From assembly GCA_964431415.1 (NCBI GenBank), contig CAYSJS010000002.1:3055-67054 (forward strand): a DNA stretch of 64,000 bases, in the 5' to 3' direction. The translations under genes were made by a program, and so were the position numbers. The notes under the pieces were generated by a model. The model saw only the letters and a list, made by a program, of their open reading frames with translations. It ran no database searches and was not told the DNA's origin. This document shows positions 46,078-54,409 of this stretch, one piece after another (the stretch's first letter is position 1; each line of letters opens with the position of its first letter). Source of the DNA: an uncultured Candidatus Saccharibacteria bacterium (lineage in GTDB: Bacteria; Patescibacteriota; Saccharimonadia; Saccharimonadales; JACDBH01).

Positions 46078-48933
46078 TTATTTTTTACGATTTTTACGAA
46101 GTAAACGACGGCTAATTTGATTCTTGAGCCACGTTGTCAACATAACACCAATTGCGCCTAGCAAAACAAACTTAATCAGTTTCCCATTTATTTGAGCGGC
46201 AACAACCATGCTCACTATCAGTATCCCCAGCCAGGTTAGTGCCAGGCGACGGCTATAACGCCGTCTTAAGAACTCTATCGCCAGATAGTAATACGGAAAC
46301 GCCACCACAACCAAGAAGGTACTCGAAAGCAAGCCGAATATTAATGTGTATGCCAAAGATTCCCAAAACGGATCAGCTAACGCCAGCGGAATAAGCGCCA
46401 CAACACTCGTTAAACTCGTTGCAATAAGGGGGCGGAATCTGGCTTTCACGGCCAGAGCCATTGACTCAAATGCACCTTCACCTTGTTTACGTGCCTGGTT
46501 GGCGTAGTCGGTAAGTAAGATGGTGTTATTGACCGCAATACCGATCAGCGCAAAGAAACCAATCATTACGAAGAAACTTAAAGGATTGTCGGTATAGTAC
46601 AATCCGGCCGCAACGCCAAAGAAGCTGAAAGGTATAGCCATAAAAATCAGTAGTGGCTGCAGGAGTGATTTAAACTGAAACGCGAGCAGCACAAACATAA
46701 CCGCAAGCAGCACTGGGAAAGCGAGCAGCATACTCTTAAATGAATCTTGGTTGCTTGATTCGCTGCCAAAGTCAAATGTCATATCTGCCTGTTTGACTCC
46801 ATAGCCTGCAAGCCTTTCGGGTGTAAATTCTTTTTCGACCGCTGCTTGGGCTGCCGTAACGAGGGCAGACGTATCGGTCGAGTCAAAACCTGCCCGAACC
46901 TCCACAAACTGTCTTGACTGCTTGCGAATAACCGAGCTACTGTCTGCCGATCCGTTCAGTTCAGCACGAATAATGCGCGAGGTCGTGTTATTTGAAGCAC
47001 GCGCAATATCACGCTGATGTAAATAAGCGGCGATATCTTTTGCGAGCGCATTTGTTTTTGCCGTGTCATCGCCATATATCTGAACCCGGAAGGGCAAATC
47101 TTCTTTAGGAGGACCGGCATCTAGCTGCGTAACTTTAACCCGCGCGGCATCGTATGCTTCAAAACTTTGGTTCGCCTTTTGAATTAATTCGGGAGCTCGT
47201 ACTTCACGTTCTTTATAGCCAATCAAACGCACAGTCGCATCAGCAGACTGCGCCGAACCGGAGCTGGCATAGGTTATATCATGAAGATTCTCGGCAAACA
47301 CATTCGCTACCTTAGTGTTAACCTCTTCAGTGATCTTTTCCGCCTGCTCTATAGTCGTCCCCGCAGGAAAACGTATGCTCAGACCAAGATAGTCACTGTC
47401 TTTTGTCGAAGGGAAAATATCAAACTTAAGCTTCTGAAAAAAGGTCATGCTTGCACCCAGCAATACAAAACTAATAGCTATTGCCCCTAAGCCGATAGCG
47501 GCGGCTTTCTTACGATTGTGCTCGCCTACCCGCACCAAAGAAGCTAGGCCATTGGAAATAATCCGCTCAAGCGCCAAAACCGGGTTGCGGCTTTTCGTTC
47601 GTTTACTGCGCGCCGTTAGAATTAGGCCGCGGCTCATAAAAGGTATGAGCGTGAGCGACACCAGCAGCGAAACCGCCAAGCTCACAATGATGGTTATCGG
47701 CAACACGCGTATAAAGCTTCCTAAGATACCGGTGATGAATAGCATCGGCGAAAAGGCCAACATGGTAACCAGCGTCCCGGCCGTACTTGCGCGAGCTACC
47801 TTTTTAATGGCTATCGAAACGATTTCTTTATTGGTTGCTTTACTGGTCTTTCCGGCATCAATTGCTTCTGTCATGATTGTTGTATCATCTACAATAAGCC
47901 CGAGACACAGCACTAATGCAAACAGCGTAATAGTATTGAGCGTAATACCCGCTACAAACAGTACGCCCACGGTAATAAGCAGCACGCTTACCATGCTCAG
48001 CGCTATGGCTACTCCCGCACGGAAACTAATCAAAAGCAGACTAACCAATATAACTACCACCAAACCTTCAAGCAGGTTCTGCTGCAGGCTACCTATTTGC
48101 TCCTCTATACTTTCGGCAACACCGCTTGTCAAAAGAACACGAGAGCCTTCGAACTCTTTAGAAGCATTTAAAGTATTAAGCCGCTCATTAAGTGCTTTTT
48201 CGAGATGTATTGCATCAGTTCCGTCTTTGGCGATAACGCCAATATTTATGCTTGGATAAAACGAAGTTTTATCATCCTCTCGTTCTCCATACCGATCAAA
48301 GCTTTCTTGCAAGCGCACGGTCTGACCAGTTGTTGGGTTTACTCCATCTTTATATGGGTTTAGTACGGTGACTTTTTCTACACCTTCCACATCCTTCAGC
48401 TCAACAGCAGCTTTTTCTGCTCGGTCAAGAACTTCTGCAGTAGTTGCGTCGGGTCGGCTAATTACACTTAGGAGAACGTCGTATTGGTTGTTTATCTTGG
48501 TCGCATCAATCGAACGAAAACTAACCGACGCACTTTTAGGTATTGAGGTATGTGCGTCCACTGCCGCTTGCAGTGCCTGGACTTCGGCAGCCGTATCGGT
48601 TCCGTCTTTATGCTCTACGACAATACTAAAGAAGTTTGCACCGGCCGTAGAGGTAACATTCTTTACAGAACTTCTCTCGCCGATTATTTTATCGAGCGGC
48701 TCAACAACATCTTTATCCACCTGATTCTTGTCATTAACAAAATATGTCCCGCTGGCCACGCTAATGGGCACGGAGATATTAGGAAATCCCTGGCGCTGCA
48801 TAAAAACGCTGTAGCTAAGGACGCCAAATATAACCAGGGCAATCCATAGCGAAGCGGTAGTTTTTACGTGATTAAAGAAGAAGAGACCGAACCGTTGTAA
48901 CCGTGTGAGAGCACTGCTGTTGGTTTTTTTCAT
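46078..48933 (-). CDS. RND superfamily transporter permease (AcrB/HAE-like)
   Basis: 951 aa with the 12-TM, two-large-loop architecture and conserved TM4-type segments (LVLCLGLIVDDTTIM and ALIGIAVNNTILL). Confidence 0.88.
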   Translation of the reverse strand: MKKTNSSALTRLQRFGLFFFNHVKTTASLWIALVIFGVLSYSVFMQRQGFPNISVPISVASGTYFVNDKNQVDKDVVEPLDKIIGERSSVKNVTSTAGANFFSIVVEHKDGTDTAAEVQALQAAVDAHTSIPKSASVSFRSIDATKINNQYDVLLSVISRPDATTAEVLDRAEKAAVELKDVEGVEKVTVLNPYKDGVNPTTGQTVRLQESFDRYGEREDDKTSFYPSINIGVIAKDGTDAIHLEKALNERLNTLNASKEFEGSRVLLTSGVAESIEEQIGSLQQNLLEGLVVVILVSLLLISFRAGVAIALSMVSVLLITVGVLFVAGITLNTITLFALVLCLGLIVDDTTIMTEAIDAGKTSKATNKEIVSIAIKKVARASTAGTLVTMLAFSPMLFITGILGSFIRVLPITIIVSLAVSLLVSLTLIPFMSRGLILTARSKRTKSRNPVLALERIISNGLASLVRVGEHNRKKAAAIGLGAIAISFVLLGASMTFFQKLKFDIFPSTKDSDYLGLSIRFPAGTTIEQAEKITEEVNTKVANVFAENLHDITYASSGSAQSADATVRLIGYKEREVRAPELIQKANQSFEAYDAARVKVTQLDAGPPKEDLPFRVQIYGDDTAKTNALAKDIAAYLHQRDIARASNNTTSRIIRAELNGSADSSSVIRKQSRQFVEVRAGFDSTDTSALVTAAQAAVEKEFTPERLAGYGVKQADMTFDFGSESSNQDSFKSMLLAFPVLLAVMFVLLAFQFKSLLQPLLIFMAIPFSFFGVAAGLYYTDNPLSFFVMIGFFALIGIAVNNTILLTDYANQARKQGEGAFESMALAVKARFRPLIATSLTSVVALIPLALADPFWESLAYTLIFGLLSSTFLVVVAFPYYYLAIEFLRRRYSRRLALTWLGILIVSMVVAAQINGKLIKFVLLGAIGVMLTTWLKNQISRRLLRKNRKK

Positions 48934-48948
48934 GATACTCAGTATATA

Positions 48949-48962
48949 GTTAACATGTTAAC
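48949..48962. promoter_or_regulatory. Perfect 14-bp palindrome GTTAACATGTTAAC in the RND gene promoter spacer (candidate operator)
   Basis: It lies between the putative -35 TTGCTT (48965-48970) and the -10 TATATA/TATACT (48941-48948) on the minus strand. The ATG at 48933 is 7 nt downstream of TATACT. Confidence 0.45.
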
Positions 48963-48983
48963 CAAAGCAAGCTTTTTGTTCGC

Positions 48984-49538
48984 TTACTGACCAACAGCAA
49001 CAAGCTCGATGTCGAATACAAGCGGCGCGTTCACCGGAATGCCTGAGCCCTGCGGCGGGTTGGTGCCATAGGCAAGATCGGCCGGTATGATCAAACGACG
49101 CGTACCGCCCACTTTCATACCGGGCACACCCTCTGTCCAGCCTTTGATAACACCACTCAAGCTAAATGGGATTGGCTGATTTGGGCCATCGTGCGAGCTC
49201 TGAAAAATCGTGCCGTCCGCGGCCAACGCACCGGTGTAGTGAGCGGTGACCGTTTGACCGGGTTGTACAGTTTCGCCCGTGCCCTCAATGAGGTCGATTT
49301 TTTCGAGTGTTGTGACGGTATCAACCGGTGTAAAGTTCTGTAGTTTAGTGCCTTGCAATGTCTTGCCCTCCTGGGTGTTATTTGTATTGTTGATATTAAC
49401 CGTTTGTGAACTCTCCTGCTTCTTCTCCTGGCGCGCTTGCCACACCACAAACAAACTCAGTCCTGCTGAGGTAACCAAAAAAAGAACAGCGAGAAAACCC
49501 ATACCTAACCGTGTCGCTACTTCTTTTTTGTCTGCCAT
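48984..49538 (-). CDS. Membrane-anchored FKBP-type peptidyl-prolyl cis-trans isomerase
   Basis: 184 aa with an N-terminal TM and then the FKBP domain (VTAHYTGALAADGTIFQSS...VIKGWTEGVPGMKVGGTRRLIIPADLAYG). Confidence 0.88.
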   Translation of the reverse strand: MADKKEVATRLGMGFLAVLFLVTSAGLSLFVVWQARQEKKQESSQTVNINNTNNTQEGKTLQGTKLQNFTPVDTVTTLEKIDLIEGTGETVQPGQTVTAHYTGALAADGTIFQSSHDGPNQPIPFSLSGVIKGWTEGVPGMKVGGTRRLIIPADLAYGTNPPQGSGIPVNAPLVFDIELVAVGQ

Positions 49539-49611
49539 AGATCCTCCGTTTTGTTGCTAGTTCAGTATACCATCACTTTGTCGCTGTCTGGCGCATGAAA
49601 GTGACGTAATT

Positions 49612-50076
49612 TTAACTTACACGTGCCGCATGCCGAGAAGAAAACTCGAAAGGCTTGTCCGGAAAGCCCTCTTGGCGCGCTCGTATGAGTAGCTCCTTAA
49701 GCAAGGGCGATACAAAAGGTATCGTTTCCAGCTTTTCATACGGAAACCACATGGGCTCATAGGTATTTTTACCGGCAGTGGTCCAAAACGCCTCTTCTGA
49801 TTCTTTAGGTAGTTGCGGTTCGCCACTCACATAGTTACACAAAAAGACATATTGTATGCCAAAAGGATCGCCGGCATCTTCTATGTACACCAGCCTCGGC
49901 GAGTCAATAACGAGTCCGCTCTCTTCCTTGACTTCGCGCACCACTGTTTCTTCCGGCTGCTCGCCCTGCTCTATGCCACCGCCCAGCAGCGTATAGTAAT
50001 CTTGCCCCATCTTAAAACGCTTCATAAGAAGCAGCGACCCATCCTTAAGTACGATAGCACGTGCACTTTGTTTCAT
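49612..50076 (-). CDS. NUDIX hydrolase
   Basis: 154 aa with the complete Nudix box GGGIEQGEQPEETVVREVKEESGL. Confidence 0.85.
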   Translation of the reverse strand: MKQSARAIVLKDGSLLLMKRFKMGQDYYTLLGGGIEQGEQPEETVVREVKEESGLVIDSPRLVYIEDAGDPFGIQYVFLCNYVSGEPQLPKESEEAFWTTAGKNTYEPMWFPYEKLETIPFVSPLLKELLIRARQEGFPDKPFEFSSRHAARVS

Positions 50077-50130
50077 GCCTAGTAGTATAGAACGAAACGG
50101 TACGCTTAGAAAATGATTATTAAGTAAGTC

Positions 50131-51912
50131 TTACGGGGCAATTTCGAATTCGCGCAAACGCTCCTTGGTCCGTTCTGTAGGAGTGCGGTTTTGTAAGCGA
50201 AGCAGCTGAGCATAAATACCTTCGGTTTTGGCTAGAGCAGACGGAGTGCCAATTTCATCAACACTACCACCCTTTAAGGTAATTATCTGGTCCACGCTCT
50301 GTATCGTACTGAGCCTGTGGGCAATGATAATTGTCGTCTTGCCATGCATAAGCCGTTCAAGCGCATCTTGAACGAGCGCCTCTGACTTGCTGTCGAGACT
50401 ACTGGTTGCTTCGTCCAAAATAAGAATCGGGGCGTTCTTTAAAAGGGCGCGAGCAATAGCGATGCGCTGTTTTTGCCCACCCGATAGTTTTAGTCCACGC
50501 TCACCAATTTCGGTATCGTATCCCTTTTCGAACTGGGTTATAAACTCATGCGCATTGGCGTCTTTTGCAGCCGCCATAACCTCATCTAGGCTTGCCCCCG
50601 GCTTCGCGTAACTTATATTTTCTCGTATAGTGCCACTAAACAGCGCGGCATCCTGAAAAACAACGCCTATCGATTTCCGCAGACTCTCCTGGGTTACTTT
50701 CTGTATGTCCTGACCGTCTATGGTGATCACACCTTCCTTTGGTTCGTACAGCCGCATAAGCAGACTGGTGATAGTTGTTTTGCCCTCGCCACTCTCGCCC
50801 ACCAGCGCCACTTTCGTCCCAGGCAGAATGGTAAAGTTTATATTTTTCAGCACCGGTTCCGTGTCATACATAAAGCTAAGGTCAGCAAACTCTATTGAGC
50901 CCTTTTCGACTTTAAGCGCACTGGCATGGGCGTCATCTTGTATTTCTGGCTCAAGATCCATGACCGTAAAAAAGTCCTTGCTGTCAGCTATTGCCCGCTG
51001 CGTTCGATCTACCAAGAAGCTAATGCTAAAGATCGGTATGCGGATCAGTGCAGCATACTGTATGAGCAGTACCATCTCGCCGATGCTGTACTTACCGTGC
51101 GCGGTTTCGACAAAAATATACGCAAAGACTGCAAAAAAGATTGCATTTAGAACAAACCGTCGGCGCACATCCTGCCAGTGCCATAATTTGCTCTGTGGTC
51201 TTGTCGTGGCAATAACTTTTTTGAAACGTGCTCCGAAAAAGGTCTTTTCTCTGTTTTCTTGTATAAAGCTTTTTACTACCCGGATTTGTCCAATACTCTC
51301 AGCGAACCTACCGCTGGCGACATCATATTCTTCATTAATCTTTTTCTGGTATTTTTGCCATTTTCCGCTTGTTCGCGCGGTCATCCATACGAATATCGGA
51401 TACAGAACAACCAGCATAAGTGCAACCTGCCAGGAATAGTACATAACGATAGCAAGCGAAAAAACAGTACTAAAGATAAACTGCAGGAAGTTATTACTGA
51501 GCATTTGTGCAAAGTCGCTGATCTGGCTAATGCCACGGCTCATGCGGTTAATAATGGTTCCCGTTAACTCCGTATCAAAATATCGCTGTGGCAAACGTAA
51601 AAGCTGTTCATAATACCGCTCGCTCATATATTTGCGCAGTTTTACGGCCATTATATCGCCAAAGTAGCCGCCTATATTGCTTAAGACCGTCTGCCCAGCA
51701 TCGGTTAGAAACATGAGCCCTGCTAAAACCGCTACCAGCGCCACATTTGCGTCCCCACCGCCGATCAGCTTAGTTATCTCGTCAATCGCGCCTTTTGTAA
51801 GGAGCGGCTGCAGCTGACTCATGAGAGAGAGCAAAATGGTGAATAGGCCAATAACAAAGTAGTAGCGCCAAAGCGACCGGCTGAATCGGATTATTCTCCA
51901 CAGATAGTTCAT
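50131..51912 (-). CDS. ABC exporter, fused permease/ATPase (MsbA/MdlB-like)
   Basis: 593 aa with a 6-TM exporter domain, Walker A GESGEGKTT, the signature LSGGQKQR and Walker B ILILDEATS. Confidence 0.9.
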   Translation of the reverse strand: MNYLWRIIRFSRSLWRYYFVIGLFTILLSLMSQLQPLLTKGAIDEITKLIGGGDANVALVAVLAGLMFLTDAGQTVLSNIGGYFGDIMAVKLRKYMSERYYEQLLRLPQRYFDTELTGTIINRMSRGISQISDFAQMLSNNFLQFIFSTVFSLAIVMYYSWQVALMLVVLYPIFVWMTARTSGKWQKYQKKINEEYDVASGRFAESIGQIRVVKSFIQENREKTFFGARFKKVIATTRPQSKLWHWQDVRRRFVLNAIFFAVFAYIFVETAHGKYSIGEMVLLIQYAALIRIPIFSISFLVDRTQRAIADSKDFFTVMDLEPEIQDDAHASALKVEKGSIEFADLSFMYDTEPVLKNINFTILPGTKVALVGESGEGKTTITSLLMRLYEPKEGVITIDGQDIQKVTQESLRKSIGVVFQDAALFSGTIRENISYAKPGASLDEVMAAAKDANAHEFITQFEKGYDTEIGERGLKLSGGQKQRIAIARALLKNAPILILDEATSSLDSKSEALVQDALERLMHGKTTIIIAHRLSTIQSVDQIITLKGGSVDEIGTPSALAKTEGIYAQLLRLQNRTPTERTKERLREFEIAP

Positions 51913-51986
51913 TTGCCTTTTAGTATATAGTACTCGTGCTAGCTATTTCTAGTAACAAACGCCTACGAGGCCTTTGGGGAGGAAGA

Positions 51987-53750
51987 TTACCAGCCGCCGC
52001 CACCACCGCCGCCACCGCCGCCACCTGAAAAGCCGCCGCCTCCGGAAAAACCCGATGAACCACTGGAACTGGGCGTGCTCATGGCAGTCGTGTTAACTAC
52101 GGACATTGTCTTATCGAGCGAACTTACCAAATATACCGCGTTAAATGTTGACCAGTTACCACTATACCAATCGGGCGGCGAGGTATATATTCCTTCAAAC
52201 TGTTTCGCCCACTCTTTCTCTACCTTTAAAACCATGGCGTATGGCAGCAGTTTCTCAAACAGCTCGACCGTCCGTTTCGGCTGCCCTGCCGAACTTGCAT
52301 ACGGAGCATTTGGTGACTGCATCATGGCAATGCGATCTTTTTCGGCTGTTTCTATATACAATTTTAGCCCTTTTGCTTTTTCTAGAGCGGCGACACCTTT
52401 TTCGGTTCGACGCGACATAACAAGCGCAAAACCAAACGAAACCAGTGCACACACGATAAACGACAGGATGAATGCCGGCGACACCCTGCCAAGCGCAATC
52501 GCCCCCACGATACAAAGCACGAACAGACCGTACAGCCGCCCGCCAGCCGTCAGGGGGTTTGAGGCAAAATACTGTTTCTCTACCATACCCTTTGATGCAA
52601 TTGACAGTACCTTATTGGCAGTCGTATAAAACTTTTGTTTTAGATCTGCTATTTGCACTACTTCTTTACCGGTAGCTTCATCGGTTTTGGCATGCTTTTG
52701 CAACCCCTCAAGTAGTGTTCGCTCAAATTCCAGCAGCTCTTTTGTCGGTTTTTTCGTTATTTCAAAGCTGTAGGTAGTTTTATCCTTGCCGAACTTTCTT
52801 TTTTCTACCGTTTCGATAATCTTTATATACCCACGAACTGCCAGATCTATGAGCGTCGCGGAAAGATCCTTCGTATCAGCTTTAAAGTCAAGCAGTGCTC
52901 CAATCTCTATAGGCCGCAGATTATCCGGCGCTTCGTATTCGGGAACGATCGTACCCTTACCTTTTGGATCTCTGCCATATCGACGCCACCGCATATATAC
53001 GTATGGCAGAATAACGGCTGGAACTAAAATGAGTGCAATTAGCTCGGCTAAATGCTCTCTAAGTTTTTCGTACGCTGTCGGCGCAGCAAAATAACCCTTA
53101 GAAAAACCGACTATCATCGTTAGCGTCTCGGCAGGCTCAAGCGGTGTTTTAGTTTCGGACACTATTACTGACCCTTGGTCAGATATAGAGCAGCCAGTAC
53201 GTTTAGAACCATATATCCCGGCATAACATGCAAATTGTCCGTTCGTTTTGAGCTCCGGCGGGAGGCGAAGCGTCATCTTAACATGTTCGAACGGCTGCAG
53301 CCACTGGTCGCCGTTTATATCCCAATAGAACTCATCATGGTCTTCATATAAAGTCGTAACGTTAGTCATCGAATAAACAATTTCATACGATTGCGCACCA
53401 GTGACCGTACGGTTCGGGTCGCCTATTCTGATCACCAGATTGTTATTACTAGAGTACGTCGTAAACTGCGAAGGCGCCCCGGACGCCGAATGAACCGACA
53501 GTACCTTAACGTGCAGTGAATTTTCCTTATAAACCTTTGGCACGAACCGTTCTATACCATGATTGTAGTCGCTGAATAGCACGTCGATCTTTTCCGTAAC
53601 GCGCAATTCCCCCTGTTTATCTTTATTGCTCAGGCTATAGTCGGCTTCAAAATTTTTAACGACAAAATCTTGCACGCTCGCACTTGCCCGCTGCGGTACA
53701 GCTAGACATGCCGCGGCAACGAATATGCCCACAAGTAGCTTCTTTAACAT
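51987..53750 (-). CDS. DUF2207-like membrane protein with a poly-Gly C-terminal tail
   Basis: 587 aa with a signal peptide, a ~230-aa extracytoplasmic domain, several TMs, and the tail SSSGSSGFSGGGGFSGGGGGGGGGGGW. The family assignment is from memory of this architecture. Confidence 0.6.
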   Translation of the reverse strand: MLKKLLVGIFVAAACLAVPQRASASVQDFVVKNFEADYSLSNKDKQGELRVTEKIDVLFSDYNHGIERFVPKVYKENSLHVKVLSVHSASGAPSQFTTYSSNNNLVIRIGDPNRTVTGAQSYEIVYSMTNVTTLYEDHDEFYWDINGDQWLQPFEHVKMTLRLPPELKTNGQFACYAGIYGSKRTGCSISDQGSVIVSETKTPLEPAETLTMIVGFSKGYFAAPTAYEKLREHLAELIALILVPAVILPYVYMRWRRYGRDPKGKGTIVPEYEAPDNLRPIEIGALLDFKADTKDLSATLIDLAVRGYIKIIETVEKRKFGKDKTTYSFEITKKPTKELLEFERTLLEGLQKHAKTDEATGKEVVQIADLKQKFYTTANKVLSIASKGMVEKQYFASNPLTAGGRLYGLFVLCIVGAIALGRVSPAFILSFIVCALVSFGFALVMSRRTEKGVAALEKAKGLKLYIETAEKDRIAMMQSPNAPYASSAGQPKRTVELFEKLLPYAMVLKVEKEWAKQFEGIYTSPPDWYSGNWSTFNAVYLVSSLDKTMSVVNTTAMSTPSSSGSSGFSGGGGFSGGGGGGGGGGGW

Positions 53751-53759
53751 AAATTAGTT

Positions 53760-54395
53760 CTACACCCCTTCCGATACTAACGAGCTCTGGCGCATTGCGT
53801 CACGCTCCCACATACAACCGGCCGTGCCCGCAATTATCTGCAAATCTAGAGCCAAACTGGCAGTTTCTGCGTAACGTAAGTCGAGTTCCATTACCTGACG
53901 GCACAAATCTGCGTCATGCACTGGGGTTCGTTTTGCCTTTTGTTGTGCCAGTCCGGTAATCCCAGCTTTGGATTCTTTGGTCATTTCTAGCCACTCCTCA
54001 TACAGCTGCCCAAATTGTGAGTACCTATCCTGAACTCTCTCGCTAGGCGGACGATACCCGACCATCGATATGTCACCACGTAGTACATTTATGATCTGCG
54101 GGACTTCGTCCAATGAGGTTTTGCGAAGTATCCTTCCCACGCGCGTTGCTCTTGGATCGTCGTGCCCTACCCACATTGGCTCATCGTGCTCGGCGCCCTC
54201 ATACATACTACGAATTTTTAACACCTCAAAAGGCTCGCCCTTTGAATAACGCGTCTGTTCGAATAAGACTGGACCGCCGTCGAGACGTACAAACTGCGCA
54301 AGTAACAAAGCCGGTAATCCCAGCCCAGTACCAACCATGAGTGCGCTCGCAACGTCGAGCCTGCGCTTTGTGCTGCTTGAAAGATATTCTGTCAT
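53760..54395 (-). CDS. Polyprenyl-phosphate sugar-1-phosphate transferase (bacterial sugar transferase family)
   Basis: 211 aa with KRRLDVASALMV, GPVLFEQTRYSKGEPFEVLKIRSM, DEVPQIINVLRGDISMVGYRP. Confidence 0.85.
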   Translation of the reverse strand: MTEYLSSSTKRRLDVASALMVGTGLGLPALLLAQFVRLDGGPVLFEQTRYSKGEPFEVLKIRSMYEGAEHDEPMWVGHDDPRATRVGRILRKTSLDEVPQIINVLRGDISMVGYRPPSERVQDRYSQFGQLYEEWLEMTKESKAGITGLAQQKAKRTPVHDADLCRQVMELDLRYAETASLALDLQIIAGTAGCMWERDAMRQSSLVSEGV

Positions 54396-54409
54396 AGTGC
54401 GTTTTTGCC

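Noticed and set aside
47447-48259. 270-aa plus-strand ORF inside the RND gene
   Set aside because: It is antisense to a well-supported 951-aa transporter and its composition is low-complexity (Ser/Thr/Leu/Ile-rich). The same reasoning applies to 50720-51439 (antisense to the ABC exporter), 28497-29144 and 28126-28614 (antisense to gatB), 10745-11248 (antisense to clpC) and 55613-56155 (antisense to pheT).
51990-52030. GC-rich trinucleotide-like repeat (ccgccgccaccaccgccgccaccgccgccacc…)
   Set aside because: This is not a non-coding repeat or a CRISPR-like element. It is the minus-strand coding sequence for the poly-Gly tail of the DUF2207-like protein.
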